Shown in pieces: positions 1 to 9,926 of a DNA stretch of 64,000 nucleotides. Under the pieces are notes generated by a model. The model did no database searches, was not told where the DNA came from, and worked only from the letters and a program-made list of their open reading frames with translations. The position numbers and the translations under genes are program-made. The stretch is from Vicugna vicugna (taxonomy: Eukaryota): assembly GCA_013265495.1 (NCBI GenBank), contig MU058244.1, positions 62,001 through 126,000 on the forward strand, given 5' to 3'. Each line of letters begins with the position of its first letter. Position 1 is the stretch's first letter.

Positions 1-321
1 CAGACTCCCCGGTTCCTCACGAGCAGCTACTTTCCCTTTCTTCCCTTCCACCCCCTCGAGTTCCCAGCTCAGGTCGTGGCCCGGCCCTTCCACGAGGGAG
101 TGGGGACTTGGAGGACTCGGGCTCCCAGGGCGGGGACGAGGCACGCTGCAGCCCCCCTCCTCCGACCTGGGCGCTCTCCCATCCCGGAATGTGGGTGGAG
201 GTTCTTCATTCAGACGCCCCAGGCATTGGATTCTGGGCGGGGGCGCGTGGCAGCCGCCAGGTGAGTGCCCCAGACGCGCCCCTAAACCCGCCCCGCCTCT
301 CACCAGAGACTCACTCCCCCT

Positions 322-331
322 CCTTTTATGG
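322..331 (+). promoter_or_regulatory. CArG box / serum response element (CCTTTTATGG)
   Basis: Perfect CC(A/T)6GG upstream of the promoter; a serum response element is established in the human PDGFA promoter. Confidence 0.75.
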
Positions 332-769
332 AATGGGGGAGGCAGAGGCCCAGGATCCAAACCGTGGAAAGAGGCTGGAGCGCCTAGGCGAGGGGCGGGA
401 GGCGGGGGCCGGCTTGCTTTTGCCCTTTTTGGCGTAGCAGCTCTGGGCGCTGCCCTCTGCTGCCGCTGGGGCCCGAGAGAGGCGAGCCGGCGACGGCGGC
501 GCTTCTGCAGCGGCCTCCTCCCCTCCCCGTCCGGTGCTGCAGGATTGCAGCTGGCACTGGAGGGTGGGCAAGCTCGAGGGAGGGGCGCGCGGGGAGCCTC
601 GGCGGGCGAGCGAAGCCCTGGTGGCTGTGCTCGGAGCCGGGCGCGGGGCCTTGATGGATTTTACTGCCTGCGTGAGCGCGTGTGTGTGCTCACTGCGGCG
701 GCGGCGGCGGCGGCCGGGCCCTGCCCGGTCCGTGCAGCCCCCGCGCGCTTCCGAGGTGCGGGTCCCGGG

Positions 770-803
770 CCCGGAATCCGGGGGAGGCGAGGGGGAGGGG
801 GCG
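770..803 (+). promoter_or_regulatory. 5' part of the G-rich nuclease-hypersensitive element (Sp1/Egr-1/WT1 sites, G-quadruplex) of the PDGFA core promoter, truncated by gap
   Basis: CCGGAATCCGGGGGAGGCGAGGGGGAGGGGGCG immediately before gap 804-944, matching the human proximal promoter just upstream of the TATA box (from memory). Confidence 0.75.
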
Positions 804-944
804 NNNNNNNNNNNNNNNNNNNNNNNNNNNNNNNNNNNNNNNNNNNNNNNNNNNNNNNNNNNNNNNNNNNNNNNNNNNNNNNNNNNNNNNNNNNNNNNNN
901 NNNNNNNNNNNNNNNNNNNNNNNNNNNNNNNNNNNNNNNNNNNN

Positions 945-1502
945 GGAGCCGAGGGCGCGCCGCGGAGGGGCGCACGCAGGCCGCCGGGCCGCGCCGTGCT
1001 GGGCCGCGCCGTGCCCTGTCGGGCGGCGGCGGCGGCAAAAGGAGGCCGGAGGCGAGCTCGGGGCCCGCGGTGGGCGCGCAGGGCCGCCCGCAGCCCGCAG
1101 GGAGAGCGCGAGCCCGTGCCGGGCCTGGCCGGGCGTCCAGACAGGTGATGGGGTGGTGCGGCGACAGCGTCTCAAGCCTCGCTCCGGGGTCCCTTTCGGG
1201 GCTGATGCCCGCAAATATGCAGAATTACCGGCCGGGTCGCTCCTANNNNNNNNNNNNNNNNNNNNNNNNNNNNNNNNNNNNNNNNNNNNNNNNNNNNNNN
1301 NNNNNNNNNNNNNNNNNNNNNNNNNNNNNNNNNNNNNNNNNNNNNNNNNNNNNNNNNNNNNNNNNNNNNNNNNNNNNGGCGCGGCGAGCGCGCACTCCCT
1401 GCTCCTCCTCCTCCTTGCTGGCGCTGCCTGCCTCTCCGCACTCGCTGCTCGCGCCGGGCGCGCTCCGTCGGCTCCCTGCTCTCCGCGCCACCCTTCTCCG
1501 GG
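945..1502 (+). other. PDGFA: PDGFA exon 1 long GC-rich 5'UTR (visible parts, interrupted by gap 1246-1377)
   Basis: Segments such as GGAGCCGAGGGCGCGCCGCGGAGGGG, GCAAATATGCAGAATTACCGGCCGGGTCGCTCC and GCGCACTCCCTG...GGCGCTGCCTGCCTCTCCGCACTC resemble the human PDGFA 5'UTR. Confidence 0.85.
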
Positions 1503-1666
1503 NNNNNNNNNNNNNNNNNNNNNNNNNNNNNNNNNNNNNNNNNNNNNNNNNNNNNNNNNNNNNNNNNNNNNNNNNNNNNNNNNNNNNNNNNNNNNNNNNN
1601 NNNNNNNNNNNNNNNNNNNNNNNNNNNNNNNNNNNNNNNNNNNNNNNNNNNNNNNNNNNNNNNNNN

Positions 1667-1673
1667 GGCCGAG
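1667..1673 (+). CDS. PDGFA: PDGFA exon 1, 3' end only (..GCC GAG = Ala-Glu); ATG and signal peptide hidden in gap 1503-1666
   Basis: GGCCGAG followed by donor GTGGGT at 1674; phase 0 joins exon 2 (GAA GCC GAG). Confidence 0.8.
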
Positions 1674-2582
1674 GTGGGTGCCACCCCCGCACCCGGTCCC
1701 CTCTCCAGCTCCCCCGGCGCACGCCCCCTGCAGCCGCCCACCGGCCGAGGCACCCTGGGCTCCGGGGGTCTGCAGAGCGCATTTTGATTTCTGCTAAGGT
1801 GGTCGATTTTTAATTTTCCCAACTGGGTTCTATTTTCTGCCATGTCTAAGTGTGGCTGGTGAGTTTCCAGCGTGTTGCGTCGCTCTGCCGTGGAAGGACA
1901 GAGTGGCGGCGGGGTCGACGAGTGGGGAGAAACTTCGGGGGGCGCGAGCTCCTCTCGGAGGAGGGAAACCCCGGGCTTGGCGGACAATGCAGCATTGGGG
2001 TGCAGGGAGCGCGGAAGGGGGTGTGTATGTGAGAGCCGGCGGCTCCGGAGAAGCCGGAGAAGAGCCGCCGACAAGCAGGTAGGGGTGGCTGCTGCAGGAG
2101 TCCCGGCAGGCTGGGTGGGCAGCATGGAGCCGCAGCTCCAGGTTTTCCATCCCCACGCCCGGCGGGACGGCTAGCCCGGTGCAGTCCCACCCGACCGGGG
2201 CCTGCTTACAGGTGGCTGAGCGAGGCGAGCCGGGGCCGGGCCAGGCGCCCGCGCCCTCCCACCGCCTGCGTCCCCACCCCCCCAACCTCGAATTCTGAAT
2301 CCCTGGGAGCTCTGTGATGAATGACTGACTTTCTACAGCCCCCTTCGTGGGAACTTAGTGCTTGAGACCCCCCCAGCGACCCCCGACTCCCTTTAAGAAT
2401 CTGGAAGGAGTAGGGGGATACCGAGTGGTGGGGGTGGTCTGGGCAGGGACCATGAGCTGCGAGAGGCAGATATTTATTTAACTCTCACGTTCCCTGGCAG
2501 CCCCTCCCAGCCGCGGCTGCGTTCGGGGAGTCTTAGTCGGCGCTAGGGCCGCGGCTGGGCTGGAGTCCGGGGTGGGGCGGGA

Positions 2583-2613
<31 letters not shown>

Positions 2614-2618
2614 CGTGC
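2583..2618. repeat. (GT)13 microsatellite extended by alternating CGTGCGTGC
   Basis: Read directly in intron 1. Confidence 0.95.
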
Positions 2619-3028
2619 CGCGCACACCCGCGTGTTTGCAGGAGGAGAGACCCTCTCCCCCGCAGGTTCGGCCTGGGATTCCGGGTGTGAAATTTAAGCC
2701 TCAGGCTAGATTAAAGTGTTAGGGCTGCCGTGACTTTCGTCGCCGATCCGTGACGCATTTCAACTTGATCTTTCTAGATGTCGATTTCACTACTAGATCA
2801 GAAAACTCCCCGGGCCCCTCGCTGCCCCTAGACCTCCTGTAACTGACACCGGGGCGGGGGCGGAGGGGCCGGAGTGGGGGGCTTCTTTGGAAATTTAAGG
2901 GTGGGGAGGGCCTTCTTTTTGCAAAGGGCAGACACGGATAGGGACGGAGAATTTGGGGGTCTCACCCAGCCCCACCCCAGCCTCAGGCGCCAGGGCCGGG
3001 GCTGGGGGTCGGGCGGCCTTCATGCTGA

Positions 3029-3391
<363 letters not shown>

Positions 3392-3610
3392 TAAAAGCCC
3401 AGGCGGATGAGTCAGGAGTTTCTCTTCCAATCACACTTTCTCTCCCGGCGGCGGCCGAGGGCTGCTCACTCGCGCAGAGATTGTTTTTGCATTTAAGGAA
3501 AATGCCGAGTGTGTCACAGAAAGTTCAGCCGCACAGAGGCGCCGGCGCCCCGGCCAGGTGTGCAGCCCGGAGCCTGCCCTCGGGCCGGGAGGAGCCTGCT
3601 CAGGCCCTGG

Positions 3611-3655
3611 GCGCCGAGCCCTGGCCCAGTGCGCCGAGCCCTGGCCCAGTGCGCC
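3611..3655. repeat. Exact 20-bp tandem duplication GCGCCGAGCCCTGGCCCAGT x2 plus partial
   Basis: Copies at 3611-3630 and 3631-3650. Confidence 0.95.
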
Positions 3656-5554
3656 CGGCGGGCAGACTCACAGGGGCAGTGGGTGCCCCCCAGCCCACTC
3701 CCAGCAGGGCCCCATTGTCATTGCTGCGAACTTGCCCGGCTCCTGCCACTGGGCTGGGCCTTTGTGGTTGTAGGAGGCCCGTGTCTTTCTGTTTTCACGA
3801 GCCAATAAAAAGGCGCGCCTTGGACACATCTGCTGTTCGGGGACTATTTTGGGGCTCACCCTCAGGCTCTGGAGCTGAGCCACTTTAGAGAACAGTTTAT
3901 TCATCAAGTAGACTTCTGAAGCTCTTGCGTGTCCGTTGCAGAGGTGCACTGGGCCCAGGTGGGCAAAGATGCCAAGGGACCCAGGCTGCTGGGCTGCGAG
4001 CCGGTGGCCTTGGGTGGCAGCGCTTGGGTGTGGAGCAGAGGGAGCTCCTTCCTAGAAGGGGCGGGTTTCTGTGGTGGGAACCCCAGTGTGAGCTACCTCG
4101 GGAAATACTCACGTCACCAAACTTGCTCTTGAGTGGGTGGGAAGAGGCCCCAAGTGAACTTGTAGGTAGGGCACCTCAAGGCAGCAGGGGTTGGCTAGAA
4201 GGATTTTAAGGGAAATAAAGATTTTCCTCACAGCAAACGACTCTGAAAAAGGGGGGTGGCGGGGGAATTAAGTAAAATCACATGGTCTAGTCATTTGGAA
4301 ATTTGTACCTAATTATGGCGGTGGAGAGGCCTGAACTATTTTCATTTCATGCCAAAACCATCTTCTAGCAAGGGCGATGGTTTCTGTAGTTTCTTGACCC
4401 AGGAAACCCTTTGGCTGATCCTTATCAGGAAGGGGCAGGATTTCACTTGGAGATCAGAGTTGGGCCGGGGTTCGGGGGGCGGGCATTGATCTGGTTCCTT
4501 GATGTGTGACCCTGAGGAGGAGGGTCTGGCTTTGGTTAGCTGCGTTCTGCCACTCCCTGATGGGTCTGGGAAAGTGGGGAGACTGGCTCCCAGAGAGGTT
4601 CCAGGGCTCAGGCTCTTTTTTTCAGGCTGGCAGGAGTAAGGCCTGGAAAAGGCTGGGCCCCCTGGCAGGACGGGCTTTCGGCTGCCCCCGGGAAATGGGC
4701 CATTTACTTTCTGCCCCGACCATTCTTATTCTGGTCTCTGCAGCCCCGCCCCCCACCCCCTCCATTAATGCTTTTAGCATTGCAGCTCTGGGATCACGCT
4801 GATAGCATTCCTGACCTGGGGGCTCTGGGTCCAGGGCCTCCTTGGGAGGGTCCAAACAGAAGCCCAAGTGCACTAGCTGGTTCTCTGGCTGGTTTCAAAT
4901 TGCCCCCTTATAAAGAGCCCCCGGGAGCTGTCTCCCTCCTGCCCCAGGGAGTGGACAGAGTCGATTGCCGGCCCTCCCCCCACACCTGTCAGATGTTTCG
5001 GAGTCTGAGGGTGGGACTCCTAGTGCCTGGGAACCTTTGGGGTGAGAGCGTCGCAGGGACCCCAGGATCTCCCCGGCTCACTAGACTTGGCCCTGGGGGA
5101 CCCTGAAGTGGGTCTCCTGCATCTCGGTCAGCTCTCCTCTCACAGGCGTGGATGCTGAGAACAGGGCTCCGCCGTCTCTGGTCTGAGCTGGTTGCTTCTA
5201 TGGCTTGTTTTGGGGGGGTCTTTCCCCTAACTTCGGCTTCTGCCCAGAGTGAAGAGCTGAAACAGGTCTGGCTGCTCAGAGAGGTTGTGAACAGCCGTGG
5301 GGTCGTTCCTTGGAGGATGAACTGCCCTCTGTGCCTTGAATGCCCCACTAGACCAGTCAGAGGCCAGTCTGGGATCAGTGAGGAAGGGGCCGGTGCGGAG
5401 AGACCCCCCAGGCCTGGATGTCCTCACCCCTCAATGCTGTGTGCCCAGGAGGCAGGAGAGGGGCTCCTTTAGCAGACTGGCTCCTCCCTCGAGTGGGCGG
5501 GGCATGTGGTTGGCAGGTGGGGTTCCGGACTCCTCCCAGTGGAAAGGCCTTGTT

Positions 5555-5580
5555 CCCATTTTACAGGTGAGGAGCTGAGC
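5555..5580. mobile_element. MIR SINE core fragment
   Basis: CCCATTTTACAGGTGAGGAGCTGAG resembles MIR core CCCATTTTACAGATGAGGAAACTGAG. Confidence 0.6.
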
Positions 5581-7862
5581 CTGGAACTCCCGCCCCGAGG
5601 CTGGCGGCCCTGAGGCGGTGGATTCCTGAGCCAGTGTCTGTGGGCTCCAATCGTGTGCCAGGATGGGCCGTGGGTTTTTCACATGTGGCTTTGGGTGGGG
5701 AGACCAGCAGTATGTGGAGCTGGGGGCCTGTTGGTCAGGTGTGCCGAGAGTCAGCCGTTCAGCAGAGCGGCGGTGGGAGCTGAGGAGGTCTGTTCTCGGA
5801 GTGGCCTGGACAGGCGCCTGTGGTCACTGAATAACCAGAACATAAATATCCCTAACCCGGCCACTGACGGCGCCTCTAGGACCGATGGCTAGAGGAGGGC
5901 TCCCCATCTTTCTGTGCCTGAAAGACAAAAGGGAAACCAGTCAATTAACTGTCCTGAGAGCGGTTTGGGGGCCTGGTCCTTGTGGGGCCTTCTCTTGGAA
6001 GTCCCCACTGCTGGCTTCTCCACCTGTGGATCAGATGGCTGCCTCCCTGTCCGCCGGGTCTGCGCTGAGTTTCCTGACCACCTGTCTCCACTGGGCAGTG
6101 GATGAGCCTGTCTGAGCTGCTTCTACTCTGTCTCTCATTGACAGCGAGTCCTGGTTCAGATTTCAGGACAGGTGATGAACTGGGAGGCTGTGTCTTCTCT
6201 GCTTTCCCGGGCCTCGTCCCTGGGCAGGAGGGCGGTCTGGTTCTGGACACAGCCCCCCGGGGTCCTTCCGCCGGTCTTGCTGGTCTTTCCACGTCTCGGG
6301 CCTCTGTTTCTTCCAGATGAAGAGGCAGTGCCGACTGCGTGCACATCGTGATGAGGTCCTGGGGGAGAGCGGCTGCCGCCTGGCTGGAGGGAGGCATGGG
6401 GTTGTCGTCCGTGATGCTGCAGTTCCGTTTTCCTGTAGACACTGAGGATGGACCAGCTCCTCCTGGGTTTGGCGGTGGCAAGATGGCCACCACTAGGACG
6501 TGACTCATTATGTCACTTTTTCGTGAAAACATGCTTCTTGTAACAGTTGGTTGATGGGAAATTCTTATTGCATGAGTAGTTCTGTTCTGATCTTATTTTG
6601 GGTCTCAAAAAAAATTGGTGGTAGTGGAACACTGAGTCATTTTAAGGGAAGAGCTGGGCCCCCCTGGACCTCAGCATCCAGAAGGGCCATCCCCTTCATC
6701 CCCACTGCCTTTGCAGTGTTGAGGTTTCGTGTGCAATGAGTGCAGTTCCCAGACCTGCGGATGTGGACAGTCACCAAGGCCTTGGTGGGCTGGGCACAGA
6801 GGAGGGGGCCTCAGTCTGAGCTGGTGGCTGGGACACCACTGGAGTTTCTTGGGGAGGGAGGTGGCAAGACAAGGGATCTTTGTGCAGCTGCTGGAGCTCC
6901 TGGCTGTTGGGGCACCTTCTCGGGCCCACTGCCCCTAGTTGCCTACTGGGGAGATAGCGATGGAGGGGAGAAGTGGGAAGAGACCCCCCCCAGCTGGGGG
7001 CCAGGGTGGGGAGGCCAGGCCAGTTAGTCCAGCTGTAGGCACTGTCATGAGCTGGGTCAGGCCAGATGGCAGGTGGCAGGACTGTGTGTCCCTTCCAGCC
7101 CTTCTGGGGGGCCCTGGGGGCAGAGGGAGTGGGGATGTGTGTGTGAGGGGCTGGAGCCAGTCTGCCCGGTTCTGCGGCCCTCTGATATTTGGGTGGCAAA
7201 GCTCTTCCCCTCCTGAAGCTGCCTCCTGCACCAGGCACCAGGACTCCCGTCTCATGCTTCACGCTACACAGGAGGCTTCTCTTCTGCTCTCGGTCCTCGA
7301 AGCCTCTCCCTCGCAGGGGGCGGGGTTCAGGGACAAATGGGGCCAGGATGCTCGGGCCCGGGCCAGGGTTGGTGCAGTGAGGGAGGGCGGGGGAGGGAGA
7401 CCCTGCACTGGCAGTCACAGCAGCAGGCCTTGCTGGTCCTTGGTCCAGCCTGCTGTCCTCGGGGCCCCGTTCAGCTGGGAGCCGCAGGCCCGCTGGCCCT
7501 GGTCTCGCGGATGGGGACGGCTGGCCTCAAGTGCTTCCTGATGTGGTCCAGGCCTCACCTGGGCTTCCCTGAGGAGGAGCCTCGGGGGAGAGTGGCTGCA
7601 GCCTTCCCCAGGGGTCAGGGGCTCCGCAGCCAGGGCTCCATGTCTGGACCTCGTGTAGGCTTCGCAGGGGCAGGTGGACGTTTTTGGCAGTTGGGCGTCT
7701 TTCATCCTTTGCACGTCTGGAACCCCCCCTTACCAGAGTGGAGGGACCCCATCTGTACTGGGGAGGGAGAGCAGGCTGGCCTGTGGGAGGTGCTGCTGTA
7801 CGGGCCCCGGGGCTGTCGCAAGGTGTGGGCGGCTGGTCACCACCCCCTCTTCCCATCTGTAG

Positions 7863-7967
7863 GGGCCGAGGATCCCCTGGAGACCAGCCTGAGAGCCCAC
7901 GGGGGCCGTGGCGCCAAGCATGCACCGGAGAAGCGGCCTGTGCCCATTCGGAGGAAAAGGAGCATCG
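7863..7967 (+). CDS. PDGFA: PDGFA exon 3 ([33 protein letters not shown]|SI; furin site RRKR at 7949-7960)
   Basis: Acceptor TCTGTAG/7863, donor GTGAGC at 7968, 105 nt, in frame with exons 2 and 4. Confidence 0.97.
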
Positions 7968-8591
7968 GTGAGCCTGGTGCTGTGGGCGGGGTGGCGGGAG
8001 GGGCTGGGGGGACCCGCCCCTCTCCTCCAACCGTGGCCTCAGGGTAGCAGGCCCTTCTCTCCTCCCGAAAACAAAGGCAGAGCCTGCTGGGGGGCCCCCC
8101 GCCTCCCGCTCTCCCTGCCCTAGCTGCTCCTTGCTGCAGGCCTGGCCTGGGCCTTGAGTTTCCAGGAGAGGAGAACCATCATAAATTCCTTCAGTGCCCA
8201 GTCTTGTTGGGGCCTGCTCTGGAGGCAGCTTCCCTGGAAGACGGGTGGTGTTTAATTTCCAGTTTGAAACGTGGAGCACGATGTGTTCCTGGCCACGCTA
8301 CAGAGCAGTGGGTGCAGCCGTGGGGTGCCTCGTGGGCCCTCCTCGGGGCCCCCACTCCACTCGGGCCAGGCCCACGGGGCCGCCGGCTCAGGTCTGGAGG
8401 ACATTTTGGCTCTTGTCCCCTCCTGCAGAGCGTCCCCGGGTCTGCCTGGCTCCTTCAGGAGCCATAGGCTGGTGGGGTCTCCTGGGGCCTCAGGCTCAGC
8501 TCTGAGGGGAGATCTTGGCCCAGGGATGCAGTTAGGGGGTGTGACCCCCCCAGTCCCATGCCACCTGGGGGTCCCCCTGCTGATTCCCCAG

Positions 8592-8650
8592 GTGACCTTG
8601 GGTAAGTGACTCCCTCCGCATGAGCTTTATTCCTCTAAGAAGACGGCGTT
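8592..8650. mobile_element. MIR fragment
   Basis: GTGACCTTGGGTAAGTGACT... Confidence 0.5.
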
Positions 8651-9320
8651 TGTAGCCTCTACTTTTGGGCATGCGCGCGCGCTCGCGCGTGTGTGTAAAC
8701 GATCCTTGTTAAGGCCCACGGACCTCCCCAGGTGACGTTTTTCATGAACCTCTATTTTGCATCTCAAAGACCGGGCACTCCAGCAAGGCTTCAGGACCCT
8801 CTACTGAGGCTCATCCTGCTCCAGACAAGGGTCCTGCTCCAGACGGGCAGTTGGGGGGGGCGGGGAGGTGGCCAATGTCCACGAGTAAACAAGGGCTGGA
8901 CCAGAAGCCTCTTTCCCTGTCTCCACCCTCGGCCCCACCTGGCCGGGCACCCTGGGTCCTTCCTGCCTGCTGGATGCTGGGCTGGGCCCTGGGAGTGGCA
9001 CCCCTTCTCCCACTGGGGCGGCCAGACCCCAAAGGGGTGGTCTTGATCTGCCGGCTCGTCCCTGGAGATCGTCCAGGCTGCGCCTACCCGCCGAGTCTCC
9101 CGGCAGGAGGGAGCCCTCAGAAAGCAGGGACGGCTGAGAGGCTGATGCTCCGCCACCCCATGATCCCCCCAAACCCCAGGCACCCGGGCAAAGGCCAATG
9201 GGGGAGGCTGCAGGGCTTGTGTGAGCCCCCGGTGTGTGGGTGGCTTTCCAGCCCTCTGCGCCCACCCTTCCCTGGGGTGTCCCCTCCGGGCCCTCAAGCC
9301 CCTGCTCGTCTTTGGGCTAG

Positions 9321-9926
<606 letters not shown>

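Noticed and set aside
191-1813. 540-aa ORF and other long ORFs across the promoter
   Set aside because: They run through N-gaps translated as X, are Gly/Arg/Ala/Pro-rich CpG-island artefacts and show no domain similarity.
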